Shown here one piece after another: positions 27,856 through 37,898 of a stretch of DNA of 64,000 nucleotides; positions within the stretch are counted from its first letter, which is position 1, and every line of letters starts with the position of its first letter. The translations under genes and the position numbers were made by a program. Source of the stretch: Thermoanaerobaculia bacterium (GTDB taxonomy: Bacteria > Acidobacteriota > Thermoanaerobaculia > Multivoradales > UBA5704); NCBI GenBank assembly GCA_035544895.1, contig DASZZM010000039.1:61007-125006 (forward strand), written 5' to 3'. The notes beneath the pieces were generated by a model. It was not told where the DNA came from. It did not search any database and saw nothing but the letters and a program-made list of their open reading frames with translations.

Positions 27856-29310
27856 ATGGTTGGTGAGAGGTCTACGGGGGGCGCGCTGCCGCGCATGCTG
27901 GTGATCTTGGTGGTCCTGCTGCTCGTGGTGGCGCTGACCGGCACGTTGTGGGTGGGACGGGCTCCCCGGCTCGAGATCAAGCCTTCGCGGCCCGGCATCG
28001 GCAGGCGGACTCCGATCCTGGTCAAGCTGAACGACGCCGGCCGGGTCGACAAGCTCACGGTCGAGGTGGTGCAAGGCATGGACGTCAAGCCGGTTGCCGA
28101 AAAGAGCTTCGCACCCCACTCCGCCTGGGCGTTCTGGAAAGCGGCGGCGCCGGCCGAGCTGGCCGTCGAGGTCGGCCGCGACACCGTGCCGGGCCTGCGC
28201 ACCGGCGAGGCGATCGTGCGGGCGACCGCCCAGCGCGCGGGATCGCTGCTGCGCAGCCCCGCCCCGGTGGTCGTCGAGGTAAAGCTGCCGGTCCGCCTGT
28301 CTCCCCCCGCCCTCGCCGTGACCTCCGGCTTCCATTACGTAGCCCAAGGCGGTTGCGAGGCGGTGGTCTACAGCGTCGGCGAGGGCGCCGTGCGCGACGG
28401 GGTGCAGTCGGGCGAGTGGTGGTTCCCCGGCTTCCCGTTGGGAGGCGACAAGAGGCAGCGCTTCGCGCTGTTTGCCATCCCCTACGAGACCGGAGACGCC
28501 TCCAAGGTCCGCCTGGTGGCCGAGGACGAGATCGGCAACCGCGCCGAAGTCTCGTTCGTCGACCTGTTTTTCCCCAAGCCCCTGAAGACCGATACCATCC
28601 AGCTCAACGACGCTTTCCTCAACCGGGTGGTGCCGGAGATCATGGGGCAGACGCCCGGACTGCAAGACCGGGGCTCGCCGCTGCAGAACTACTTGGAGAT
28701 CAACGGCGAGCTCAGGCGCAAGAGCTCCGGAGAGCTCGCGCGGCTGGCGGACAAATCGGCTCCTCGGTTCCTCTGGAAGGAGCCCTTCTTGCCCATGCGC
28801 AACGCCAAGATCACCGCCGCCTTCGCGCAACGCCGCACCTACCTCTACGCCGGTAAGAAGGTCGACCAGCAAGACCACCTCGGGTTCGACATGGCCTCGG
28901 TGGAGCACGACTCCGTGCCGGCCTCGAACAGCGGGGTGGTGCTGCTGGCCAGATACTTTGGCATCTTCGGCAACGCGGTCGTCGTCGATCACGGCTATGG
29001 GCTGATGAGCCTCTACGGCCATCTATCCGCGATCAGCGTGCGCGAGGGCCAGGAAGTCAAGCGCGGGCAGGAGCTGGGCCGCTCCGGTCAGACCGGCCTG
29101 GCCGGCGGCGACCACCTGCACTTCACCACCATGCTGCGCGGCCTGCCAGTCAATCCCGTGGAGTGGTGGGACCCGCACTGGATCCGGGACCGCCTGGCAA
29201 GAAAGCTCGGCCCCGCCCTCTCCTATGCCGCCGGCACGGCCGCCGCCACTCCCGCCCCCCAGCGGCCGCCCGCCGCGGCCTCCAGAAAGAAGGGCCGGCC
29301 CGGGCGCTAG
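27856..29310 (+). CDS. M23 family metallopeptidase
   Basis: N-terminal TM/signal; QDHLGFD, YGHLS, TGLAGGDHLHF, VNPVEWW. Confidence 0.9.
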   Translation: MVGERSTGGALPRMLVILVVLLLVVALTGTLWVGRAPRLEIKPSRPGIGRRTPILVKLNDAGRVDKLTVEVVQGMDVKPVAEKSFAPHSAWAFWKAAAPAELAVEVGRDTVPGLRTGEAIVRATAQRAGSLLRSPAPVVVEVKLPVRLSPPALAVTSGFHYVAQGGCEAVVYSVGEGAVRDGVQSGEWWFPGFPLGGDKRQRFALFAIPYETGDASKVRLVAEDEIGNRAEVSFVDLFFPKPLKTDTIQLNDAFLNRVVPEIMGQTPGLQDRGSPLQNYLEINGELRRKSSGELARLADKSAPRFLWKEPFLPMRNAKITAAFAQRRTYLYAGKKVDQQDHLGFDMASVEHDSVPASNSGVVLLARYFGIFGNAVVVDHGYGLMSLYGHLSAISVREGQEVKRGQELGRSGQTGLAGGDHLHFTTMLRGLPVNPVEWWDPHWIRDRLARKLGPALSYAAGTAAATPAPQRPPAAASRKKGRPGR

Positions 29311-30461
29311 CGCCGCGCCGACCGCGCGCCGCGGCGGGCGCGCAGCAACTCCGGGAGGTTGTCGCGCACCCAGCGGTCCGCCTTCTCGAAGAGGCGGAAC
29401 TGGCGTTCCCGCCGGCGGAACTCGGGGGTATGGAAGTAACGCCGGCCCTGGCGCACCACCGGCGGGAGATCGGCGTGCAGGAGCTCGTGGTAGATCACGG
29501 ACTCGATGACGTAGCGTGGCACCTCCGGGCGGTCGAGCACTCGGTGGACCCGTATGAGGCGGTCCTCGTAGGAGTAGCTGCCGAGCTGCAGGCTCGCGGC
29601 GTGCGCGCGCCGGCAGTTGTGGGCAGTCTCGCCGGCCGCCCTGCCCCAGGTGATCCGGACCTTCAGGCGTCCCGCGAAGTAGCGCTTGTTGAGCTCCCCG
29701 GCGACCGCGCGCAGATCGAGCACCGATCCCACCGGCTGCAAGGCAAGGCGGCGCGCGGGGGCCGGCGCCGGCTGCGGACTGCGGCCGTTGAAGTGCTCGC
29801 GGAGCACGCCGAGCGCGTGCCGCGCGCCGGCGCTACCCTTCTTGCTGGCGACGAAGGTGGCGACCGCTTGGAGCACCTCCTCCGGAGCGGTCACGAACGA
29901 GCGGTGGATGCGTAGCACCAAGGGGGCGAAGGCTCCGCTTCTCTCGCCGGGCCGGCACGGCCGCACCGAGAGGATGGTGCGCCTGTTGTCGGTCAGGGCA
30001 AGGGAGCGCAGGCGGCCGCGGGTGAGGCGGTGCAGGCGGGCAAAGAGCGCGCGGCGCTGACTCTCCTCGGCGGCCTGCGCGGGCACGACGATTCTTGGTA
30101 GCGCCGCCGGCGGAGGAGAGAGCGGCCGTGCGGAGGGGCGTCCCCGCTCCGGTGACTGAGCCAGCTCCGCCGACTCCGCCAGGCCCGTGGCGCGGCCGGG
30201 ACCAGGCTTTCGCCAGGCCCGGGAGGAGCCTGGGGGTCCAGGCTCGGACAGGGAACCGAACAGGTTGAGCTGGATTGGCTGGTGGTGCTGGACGCGCCCC
30301 GAGGAGGCACCGCGCTCCGGGCTTCGCTGGCGACGTGGAAGCGCTTGGCCCGGCGATCTCATCGGCTTTCCTGGCACGTCCAACCTCCAACTTGGCGGCC
30401 CGAACTCTAGCACGGCTTCTGGCGCCCGGAGCGCGGAAAATGGCGCCAACAGGCGGGACAC
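29307..30461 (-). CDS. SprT-like/zincin metalloprotease-domain protein (start uncertain, probably downstream of 30461)
   Basis: ELNKRYFAG...ITWGR...LGSY...IRVH..LD...VP.YV...VIYHELLH...H..EF pattern. Confidence 0.7.
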   Translation of the reverse strand: MSRLLAPFSALRAPEAVLEFGPPSWRLDVPGKPMRSPGQALPRRQRSPERGASSGRVQHHQPIQLNLFGSLSEPGPPGSSRAWRKPGPGRATGLAESAELAQSPERGRPSARPLSPPPAALPRIVVPAQAAEESQRRALFARLHRLTRGRLRSLALTDNRRTILSVRPCRPGERSGAFAPLVLRIHRSFVTAPEEVLQAVATFVASKKGSAGARHALGVLREHFNGRSPQPAPAPARRLALQPVGSVLDLRAVAGELNKRYFAGRLKVRITWGRAAGETAHNCRRAHAASLQLGSYSYEDRLIRVHRVLDRPEVPRYVIESVIYHELLHADLPPVVRQGRRYFHTPEFRRRERQFRLFEKADRWVRDNLPELLRARRGARSARR

Positions 30462-30470
30462 CAGACCGCC

Positions 30471-31502
30471 TTACGTTCCGCTTGCGCCCCCTCCCACACC
30501 TCCGGCCGGGCCGGCTGGGGCTGGGAGCAACCAGCGGTCGCCGATGGCTAAAGTCTTGACGCGGCTGGAGTCGCGGCCTTCTGCCCGAACGATGGCGGCA
30601 AGGACTCGAGGTGGGAGGTCGACGGGCTCGTCGGTCAGGTCGAAGACGCCCCAGTGCATGGGGACCATCCAGCGTGCGCGCAGGTCGCAAAAGGCGTGGT
30701 AGGCCTCGCGCGGGTCCATGTGGTGGTATTTCATGAACCACCGCGGCTCGTAGGCGCCGATGGGCAGGATGGCAACGTCGATCGGCGCGAAGCGGCGCCC
30801 GTACTCCGCAAAGCCCATGAAGTAGCCGGAGTCGCCGGCGAAATAGTAGCGGCGCGTGCCCGAGTCGATCAGCCACGAGCACCAGAGGGTGGCGTTCTTG
30901 CCGGCGTCGAGCCGGTTCGACCAGTGCTGGGCCGGCAGGCAGGTGAGGGTCCAGCGGCCATGCCGCGCGCTCTGCCACCAGTCGAGCTCGACGACCTGCT
31001 CAGGGCCGCGGCCGCGGTACCACCTGGCCAGGCCGAGCGGCACGAACCAGGGGATCGTCCGCGGGAGCCGCTTCACGGTCCAGGCATCCAGATGGTCGTA
31101 ATGGTTGTGGGAAAGGACCGCGAGCGCGCGCGGAGGCACGGCTGAGAGGGGAACGCCTGGAGGCCCCAGCCGCCGCGGCAGCAGCGCTCTTGGGCCCCAG
31201 TGCGGATCGGTCAGCACCACGTCGTCCTCCTCCTGGATCGCGAAGGTCGCATGTCCCACCCAGGTGACGGAGGCGGGCTGGCCTGCCGCGCGCAGATACG
31301 AGCCGTCGTTGGCCACCGCGGGCACTCGCGGGCGCGCTCTCTTGTCGTAGCGGTTGCGCCCCAGCTTCCAGCGCAACAGGTCGAGCAGCCTGGCGGGTCG
31401 AGATCCCCAGGGGAGGAGGAAGTGCCCCGCTTCCCCATGCGCCGCGTAAAGGAGATCGGCTCTGCTAGACTCGGTGGCTGACGTGACGGACGGTTCGCTC
31501 AT
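30471..31502 (-). CDS. Metallo-beta-lactamase-fold hydrolase (NAPE-PLD/RomA-like)
   Basis: TWVGHATF, TDP, SHNHYDHLD, PAQHWS, FAGDSGY, PIGAYEPRWFM, PMHWG. Confidence 0.9.
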   Translation of the reverse strand: MSEPSVTSATESSRADLLYAAHGEAGHFLLPWGSRPARLLDLLRWKLGRNRYDKRARPRVPAVANDGSYLRAAGQPASVTWVGHATFAIQEEDDVVLTDPHWGPRALLPRRLGPPGVPLSAVPPRALAVLSHNHYDHLDAWTVKRLPRTIPWFVPLGLARWYRGRGPEQVVELDWWQSARHGRWTLTCLPAQHWSNRLDAGKNATLWCSWLIDSGTRRYYFAGDSGYFMGFAEYGRRFAPIDVAILPIGAYEPRWFMKYHHMDPREAYHAFCDLRARWMVPMHWGVFDLTDEPVDLPPRVLAAIVRAEGRDSSRVKTLAIGDRWLLPAPAGPAGGVGGGASGT

Positions 31503-31630
31503 GTCCCAGATTGTGCTCCAGTCGCACCTAAAAGGTGAGACGGTTTTCGTCCTGGTCACGGACCGGGCAGTTCCGCCGCATGCGGCAAGCGGCCGCTCGG
31601 CGCCGGAACGCTCGACTCAAGGAGATTGAC

Positions 31631-31882
31631 ATGAGCTGGGAAGACAGGGAAGACAACACCATCTACAAGGTCGTGGTCAACCACGAGGAGCAATACTCGA
31701 TCTGGCCCGCCCACCGCGAGAACCCCCTGGGTTGGAACGACGTCGGCAAGAGCGGCACGAAGCAGGAGTGCCTGGACTACATCAAGGAAGTGTGGACCGA
31801 CATGCGGCCCCTCTCCTTGCGCAAGAAGATGGAGGAGATGGAGCGCGAGCGCCAGAAGCAAGCCGGCCAGGAGACGAACTAG
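31631..31882 (+). CDS. mbtH: MbtH-like protein
   Basis: GGAGA SD; [13 protein letters not shown]....P.GW......[22 protein letters not shown]. Confidence 0.97.
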   Translation: MSWEDREDNTIYKVVVNHEEQYSIWPAHRENPLGWNDVGKSGTKQECLDYIKEVWTDMRPLSLRKKMEEMERERQKQAGQETN

Positions 31883-31888
31883 CCAGAT

Positions 31889-32671
31889 TTGAAACCGAAC
31901 CCTCCCCCCTCGGAGCGGTGGCTCGCCTACCGCGAAGTCAATCCCCGTGCGCGGCTGCGTCTGTTGTGCTTTCCCTACGCGGGCGGCGGCGCCTCCGCCT
32001 ACCGCGGCTGGGGAGCGGCGCTGCCCGCGGACGTCGAGGTCTGCCCGGTGCAGCTGCCGGGCCGGGAGAGCCGCCTGCGCGAGCCGCCTTTCACGCGCGC
32101 CGAGCCATTGATCAGGACCCTGGCCGACGTGCTCGAGCCGCACCTTGACGTTCCCTTCGCCTTCTTCGGGCACAGCATGGGCGCGATGATCGGCTTCGAG
32201 CTGGCGCGCGAGCTGCGCCGCCGTGGCCGCCCGCTGCCGCAACACCTCTTCGCCGCCGGCCGCCGGGCGCCGCAACTTCCGGCCCGCGAGGAGGACATCC
32301 ACGACCTGCCGGAGCCGGAATTCCTGGCCAAGCTGCGCGAGCTCAACGGCACACCCGAAGAGGTGCTGCAGCACGGCGAGCTGATGCGCCTGCTGCTGCC
32401 CATCCTGCGCGCCGATTTTGCGATCAACGAGACCTACGCGCACACGCCGGAGGTTCCCTTCGACTTCGGCATCTCCGCCTTCGGCGGCCTGGGCGACAAG
32501 GAGGTCACGCGCGAGGACCTGGCGCTCTGGCACGACCACACCCGCGGGCGCTTCCGGCTGCGCATGCTGCCCGGAGACCACTTCTTCCTGCACAGCGCCA
32601 AGGACCTGCTCGTCGAGGCGGTGGCGCGCGACCTGGCCGAGCTCACGCAGGCCGCTCAACCCTTGCGGTGA
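31889..32671 (+). CDS. Type II thioesterase
   Basis: LLCFPYAGGGAS, VQLPGRE, FFGHSMG, ILRADF, LPGDHFF. Confidence 0.93.
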   Translation: MKPNPPPSERWLAYREVNPRARLRLLCFPYAGGGASAYRGWGAALPADVEVCPVQLPGRESRLREPPFTRAEPLIRTLADVLEPHLDVPFAFFGHSMGAMIGFELARELRRRGRPLPQHLFAAGRRAPQLPAREEDIHDLPEPEFLAKLRELNGTPEEVLQHGELMRLLLPILRADFAINETYAHTPEVPFDFGISAFGGLGDKEVTREDLALWHDHTRGRFRLRMLPGDHFFLHSAKDLLVEAVARDLAELTQAAQPLR

Positions 32672-33420
32672 CCACGACTTTCCCGCCGCGGACGGCCGCC
32701 TCCGAACTGGAGCTGCCCGCCGGGGAGATCCATCTCTGGGCTGTCCGGCTCGATCCTCCCCACGAGCAGGCCGAGCGGCTCGGCCGGGCCCTGTCGCCCG
32801 ACGAGCGGCAGCGCGCCGAGCGCTTTCGCTTCGATCGCCATCGGCGCCGTTACGTGGTGGGGCGCGGCGCGCTGCGGGCGCTGCTCGCCGGCTATCTCGG
32901 CACCCGGCCCGAGCTCGTGGCCTTCGGCTACGGGCCGCGCGGCAAGCCTCTCCTCGCCGCGCCGCCGGCCGGCACGCCAGATGGCCTGTTCTTCAACCTC
33001 TCCAACTCCGACGAGCTCGCCCTGGTGGGGTTCGTGCGCGGCGCCGAGATCGGCGTCGACGTCGAGCTCCTCAAGCCCATGCCGGACCTCGAGCAGATCG
33101 CCGAGCGCTTCTTTTCGGAGAGCGAGCGCCTGGTTCTGCGCCGGCTGCCCGAGCACCAGAAACGGGAGGCGTTTTTCAACTGCTGGACGCGCAAAGAGGC
33201 CTACCTGAAGGCCGTCGGCGAGGGGCTGGCGGCTCCGCTCGACTCGTTCGACGTCACCCTTGCGCCCGGAGAGCCGCCGCGGATGCTCACCCTGCGCGGC
33301 GATGCCGAGCGGGCCGCCCGCTGGTTCTACCGCGATTTCCGGCCGGCGGAGGAGTTCATCGGCGCCCTCGCCATCGAAGGCGGCCCCTGGCAGGTCCGCA
33401 CCTGGACCTTCACGGGATAG
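32668..33420 (+). CDS. Sfp/HetI-type 4'-phosphopantetheinyl transferase
   Basis: LSPDE..RA.RF, GKP, FNLSNS, IGVDVE, FFNCWTRKEAYLKA.G.GL. Confidence 0.93.
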   Translation: MTTTFPPRTAASELELPAGEIHLWAVRLDPPHEQAERLGRALSPDERQRAERFRFDRHRRRYVVGRGALRALLAGYLGTRPELVAFGYGPRGKPLLAAPPAGTPDGLFFNLSNSDELALVGFVRGAEIGVDVELLKPMPDLEQIAERFFSESERLVLRRLPEHQKREAFFNCWTRKEAYLKAVGEGLAAPLDSFDVTLAPGEPPRMLTLRGDAERAARWFYRDFRPAEEFIGALAIEGGPWQVRTWTFTG

Positions 33421-35302
33421 CGGGGGCGTCTCCCTCCCGCCGGACGCCGCCCTCGTCGGTCCGGCGGCCGGCGTGGTACCCGGGCGCGGAGGGTCGCAGC
33501 CATGCCGCCCTGTGCGCCCGCTGGGTGGGCGTCGCCGCCGGGTCGGGCTCCAGCCGGAAGCGCAGGCGGGGGCGCTGGCCGAAGACCACGGGCAGGCGCT
33601 CCAGGCGCTCGCGGCGGGCCACCAGCAGGGTCCGCTCTTCACCCGACCGGTAGGCGGCCAGGCGCTCCCGCAGCCCGTCCGGCGGCACCCGGTAGTCGCC
33701 GATGGCCAGGATCTCGTCGCCGACGTTGACGCCGGCAGCATAGGCTGGCGTGCCGCGCTTGACCTGGGTGACGACCAGGCGGCCGGCTTGAGTTTCGGCT
33801 TCGAGACCCAGCCAGGCGGCGTTCGCCTCCCGCCGCTTGCCGCGCTCCTCGCTTTCGCCGAAGCGCAGCCCGAACCAGTCGAGGGCTTCCTCGTAGGCGA
33901 GGTCGCCGGTGCCGCGCACGGCCCGATCGAACCAGCCGCCGAGGTCGGTCTCGGCCACCTCGGAAGCGGTCTCCTCGAACTCACCGGCGCGGAAGCCGCG
34001 CGCGCCGGAGTAGCGCTCGAAGGCGCGGCGCAGGACGGTGTCGAGGCTCCTCCGCCCCATGGTCGCCCGGCGGATGGCGGCGTCGAGCAGGAAAGACACC
34101 ACCGCGCCCTTGGTGTAGTAGCTGATGCCGGCGTTGGCGAAGTTCTCGTCGCGGCGGTAGTACTGGATCCAGGTGTCGAACGACGCGGCCTCGAGCGATT
34201 GCACCAGCCGGCCCGGCGAGGTCTCCAGCAGCTCGATCTGGCGGCTGAGCTGGCGCAGCAGCTCGCCCGGAGTGGAAAGTCCGGCGCGATGCACCAACAG
34301 GTCGTCGTAGTAGGAGGTCACCCCCTCGACCTGCCAGAGGCTCCGCGTGTAGACCTCCTGCTCGAAATCGAGGTCGGCGAGCTCCGCGGGACGCAAGCGC
34401 TTGGCGTTCCAAGCGTGGAAGAGCTCGTGGCTCAGCAGGCCGAGCCAATCCAGCCGGCCTTCACGGCTGCGCGAGCGCCAGCGGCTGGTCATCAGCACGC
34501 TGGAATCGCGATGCTCCAGCCCCCCCGAGCCCTCGGTGATCAAGTTGAAGAAGACGTAGCGCGAGTAAGGTACGCTGCCCCAGAAGGCGGTCTGCTCGCG
34601 CACCACGCGCTCGGCGTCGGCGGCCGAGCGCGGCCCGTCCCAGACCGCCGGATCCTCCCCCTCGTTGACCAGCAGGTGGGGCCGCCCCGCCACCTCGAAG
34701 CGGTGGACGGCGGCGTTGCCGGCATAGATCGGCGAATCCACCAGGTGCTCGAAGCTCTCGGCCTGGTAGAGCATCTCGCCTTCCCGTGGCGCGCCGGGAG
34801 CCTCGGGCAGGGCGGAGACCGCCACCCGCCACCGCGGCGGGGCGACGAGGCAGACCAGGTGCGGGCGGGCGATCCCGCCGCCGTCACCCCCGCCGTCCGG
34901 GCCGTCCTTGCCTTCGGGACCTTCGAGACCTTCTGGAGCCAGGGCGAGGAAGGTGGCGGCGCCGTTGAGCAGGGCGAAGCCCGCGTCGACGAAGTCGGTG
35001 CGCACCGACATCTCGCGGGCGTAGAGGCGATAGCGGACGACGATCCGAGGAAGTCCGCGCGCCGCCACCTGCCAGCGGTTCTTGCTGATTTTCTGGCAGG
35101 CCAGAGGCTCGCCCGCTTCGGTTGCGGCCGCCAGGACTTCGACATGGCGCGCGAACTCGCGCACCAGGTACGAGCCGGGCGTCCACACCGGCATCATGAG
35201 GTCGACCCTGGAGCGGCCGCCGGTGGGGAAGCGGGCCTCGACCTCGATGCGATGAGTTTCGGGGTGCGGCAGCCTCACCGTGTAAAGAATCGGCTCGGAC
35301 AT
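33410..35302 (-). CDS. M61 family glycyl aminopeptidase with C-terminal PDZ domain
   Basis: PVWTPGSYLVREFA, GGLEH, HELFHAWN, W..EGVTSYY, SYYTKG, PDZ (TPA..AGVNVGDEILAI). Confidence 0.93.
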   Translation of the reverse strand: MSEPILYTVRLPHPETHRIEVEARFPTGGRSRVDLMMPVWTPGSYLVREFARHVEVLAAATEAGEPLACQKISKNRWQVAARGLPRIVVRYRLYAREMSVRTDFVDAGFALLNGAATFLALAPEGLEGPEGKDGPDGGGDGGGIARPHLVCLVAPPRWRVAVSALPEAPGAPREGEMLYQAESFEHLVDSPIYAGNAAVHRFEVAGRPHLLVNEGEDPAVWDGPRSAADAERVVREQTAFWGSVPYSRYVFFNLITEGSGGLEHRDSSVLMTSRWRSRSREGRLDWLGLLSHELFHAWNAKRLRPAELADLDFEQEVYTRSLWQVEGVTSYYDDLLVHRAGLSTPGELLRQLSRQIELLETSPGRLVQSLEAASFDTWIQYYRRDENFANAGISYYTKGAVVSFLLDAAIRRATMGRRSLDTVLRRAFERYSGARGFRAGEFEETASEVAETDLGGWFDRAVRGTGDLAYEEALDWFGLRFGESEERGKRREANAAWLGLEAETQAGRLVVTQVKRGTPAYAAGVNVGDEILAIGDYRVPPDGLRERLAAYRSGEERTLLVARRERLERLPVVFGQRPRLRFRLEPDPAATPTQRAHRAAWLRPSAPGYHAGRRTDEGGVRREGDAPAIP

Positions 35303-35372
35303 CGGGCCGACACCTTACCGGAGATCAGTCTCGCCTCCAAGCTCAAAGACGAAACTTCTGCCCCGAGAGGGA

Positions 35373-35390
35373 GGGGGCGTCCCCTTCCCC
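35373..35390 (+). repeat. REP-like motif copy (GGGGGCGTCCCCTTCCCC)
   Basis: Intergenic; extended context CGAAACT...GAGGGGGCGTCCCCTTCCCCC is shared with 55910-55955. Confidence 0.65.
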
Positions 35391-35402
35391 CGGGCCAGGC
35401 TT

Positions 35403-36230
35403 CTACAACAGGCCCTTGGTGTAGCCGCCGTCCACGGCGATGGACTGGCCGGTGATGTAGGAGGCGGCCGGCGAGCAGAGGAAGGCCACCACCTCTCCAA
35501 CCTCCGCGGGCTCGGCCAGGCGTCCGGCGGGGGTCTGCGAGGTCCAGGCGCCGACGATGTCCTCGCGCGACCTGCCGCTGCGCTGGGAGATCGCGGCCAC
35601 CAGCTCCTCCTGCCTGGCGGTGCGGGTATAACCGGGGAGCACGGCATTGACGGTGACGCCCTCTGCCGCCACCTCTTGCGACAGGGTCTTCAGATAGCCC
35701 ACCACCGCCGGGCGCAGGGTGTTGGAGAGGGCAAGTCCGGGAATCGGCTGCCGCGCCGCCGCCGAGTTGATGGCGACGATGCGCCCCCAACGCCGCTGGC
35801 GCATCGCGGGCAGGACGAGACGGCAGAGGCGCGGCACGAACAGCAGGGCCAGCGGGATGCCGATCTGCCAGTCCTCCTCGGTCAGCTCGCTTGCCAGCCG
35901 GGCAGGCGGTCCGCCGGCGTTGGCCACCAGGATGTCGATCGGCCCCAACCGCCGCTCGACCTGGCGCACCAGCGCGGCGAGTGAGTCGGGGTCCCTAACG
36001 TCGGCGGGTACCGCGATCGGCTCGCCGTTGCCTTCCGGCCGGCTGGCGGCCAGCCCCGCGCGCGCGGCCTCGAGCTTGTCGCCGCCGCGGCTCGACAGCG
36101 CGACGCGGGCCCCGCGCCGGGCAAGGGCGGCGGCTGCCGCCTCGCCCAGGCCGCTGCTCGCCCCGGTGACCAGGGCGACCCGGCCGGAGAGGTCGGGGGT
36201 CTGGGCGGGTTCGTCGCCTGCCGCGCTCAC
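35403..36230 (-). CDS. Short-chain dehydrogenase/reductase (FabG-like)
   Basis: [35 protein letters not shown]...[13 protein letters not shown]. Confidence 0.9.
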   Translation of the reverse strand: MSAAGDEPAQTPDLSGRVALVTGASSGLGEAAAAALARRGARVALSSRGGDKLEAARAGLAASRPEGNGEPIAVPADVRDPDSLAALVRQVERRLGPIDILVANAGGPPARLASELTEEDWQIGIPLALLFVPRLCRLVLPAMRQRRWGRIVAINSAAARQPIPGLALSNTLRPAVVGYLKTLSQEVAAEGVTVNAVLPGYTRTARQEELVAAISQRSGRSREDIVGAWTSQTPAGRLAEPAEVGEVVAFLCSPAASYITGQSIAVDGGYTKGLL

Positions 36231-37135
36231 AGCGCGATTCTCTCACCCTGATCGTCGTAGGTGTAGATGCCGCGCCCGACCTTGCGGCCCAGCCGGCCGG
36301 CGCGGACGTGTTGCACCAGCAGCAGGTTGGGCCGGTACGCCTCGCCGAGAGTGCGGTGCAAGAACTCGAGAATCGCCAGCCGCACGTCCAGCCCGACGAG
36401 ATCGACCATCTCGAACGGCCCCATCGGATGGGCAAGGCCGAGCTTGAGCGCCTTGTCGATGTCGGGGGCGCTGGCGACGCCCTCTTGCAGCATGCGAAAG
36501 GCTTCGTTGCCGATCAAGGCGTTGATGCGCGTGGTGACGAAGCCGGGCGCCTCGTTGATCAGCACGACCTCCTTGCCCATGCGCTCGCCGACCGCCTGCA
36601 GGGCCGCCAGAGTCTCTGAGGACGTCTCGAGGCCGCGCACCAGCTCGATCAGCTTCATCAAGTGCACCGGATTGAAGAAATGCATGCCGGCAAAACGGTC
36701 CGGCCTGCCGCAGGCGGCGCCCATCTCGGTGATCGACAAGGCCGAGGTATTGGAGGCGAGGAGCGCATCGGCGGGAGCGCTGCGCACCACTTCGCGGAAG
36801 AGCTCGATCTTGACCGCGATGTTTTCGGGAGCGGCTTCGATCACCAGGTCCGCCGCGGCCACCGCGCCTGCCAGCTCCACTTCCGCGTGCAGGCTGAGGC
36901 GCGCGCTCTCGGCTTCCTCGGCGGCGACCTTGCCGAGCTCGACGCCCCTGGCCAGGTTGCGATGCACGCTCGCCTCGGCGCGGCGCAAGGCCGCGGCGTC
37001 CGGGTCGTAGAGATGGGTGACGAAGCCGGCCAGCGCGGCGACGTGAGCGATCCCGCGCCCCATGGTGCCGGCGCCCAGGACGGCGATCGTCCGCAGGGCG
37101 GAGGAGGAGGGGACCGGCTGGCTCATGACGCTCAC
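36227..37135 (-). CDS. 3-hydroxyacyl-CoA dehydrogenase
   Basis: [43 protein letters not shown]...DLVGLD, GRLGRK.G.G.Y. Confidence 0.93.
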   Translation of the reverse strand: MSVMSQPVPSSSALRTIAVLGAGTMGRGIAHVAALAGFVTHLYDPDAAALRRAEASVHRNLARGVELGKVAAEEAESARLSLHAEVELAGAVAAADLVIEAAPENIAVKIELFREVVRSAPADALLASNTSALSITEMGAACGRPDRFAGMHFFNPVHLMKLIELVRGLETSSETLAALQAVGERMGKEVVLINEAPGFVTTRINALIGNEAFRMLQEGVASAPDIDKALKLGLAHPMGPFEMVDLVGLDVRLAILEFLHRTLGEAYRPNLLLVQHVRAGRLGRKVGRGIYTYDDQGERIAL

Positions 37136-37791
37136 GACACCGGGATGCTGTGCACGCCGGTCGTCTTGGCGGCCAGGTTGCGCAGCTCGTCGGCGATCGC
37201 CAGGGTGTTGCGCGCGGCCGCGCCGGCGAGCTCCTGCAGCTCGGGAGTGACGGCGTACTTCTCCAGGATCTCCCGCCCCAGCTTATGGTGATGGGCCTCT
37301 TCGGGCTGGATGACCGCGGCATAGAGCTCTGCCGTCTTCTCGTCGCCCACCGAGCGGCAGAAGCGGACGAACTGGTCGTTGCGGATCTGCGCGATCGCCT
37401 CGCTGGCGAAGGGGCCGCCGGCGATCCGCTCGACCGTCGTGCGCAACCCGCGCAGGTACTGGTAGAGCGGGCTGTGGCCGTCGGCGAGCGGGTCGAAGGC
37501 GCTCGGGTCTTCCCCGAGCTGCGCCAGGCGCTCGCAGATCAGGGCGTAGTGCTTCATCTCGTCTCCGCACTGCAAGGCCAGGCATAGCTTGGCGTCCAGC
37601 TCGGGCGTGGTCGGCATCCAGAAGCCGGCGAGCTCGGACGCTTCGATCTCGCTCTTGAGCGCCAGGCGCAGCAAGGTGACGACGTCCACCCTCCCCTCCG
37701 ACTCCGCTTCCAGCGTCTCGGTCTCTCCGAGCTGGGCGAAGAGACGGTCCATCTCCTCGACCAGCCGACTGACGAATTCGTGGCTGTTCAC
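37132..37791 (-). CDS. Ferritin-like (diiron carboxylate) four-helix-bundle protein
   Basis: Paired SEIEASE...DEMKH and SEAIA...EEAHH motifs; stop overlaps the downstream GTG. Confidence 0.7.
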   Translation of the reverse strand: MNSHEFVSRLVEEMDRLFAQLGETETLEAESEGRVDVVTLLRLALKSEIEASELAGFWMPTTPELDAKLCLALQCGDEMKHYALICERLAQLGEDPSAFDPLADGHSPLYQYLRGLRTTVERIAGGPFASEAIAQIRNDQFVRFCRSVGDEKTAELYAAVIQPEEAHHHKLGREILEKYAVTPELQELAGAAARNTLAIADELRNLAAKTTGVHSIPVS

Positions 37792-37898
37792 GACAAGTCT
37801 CCTTGCAAGGGCTCCCGGAAGCCGCCGCGCGGCGAGCGCCCGTCAGGAATGCGGGCCGCCAGACATTCTATCCGTCCCGGCAGCGGCGCGTCAGCCTG

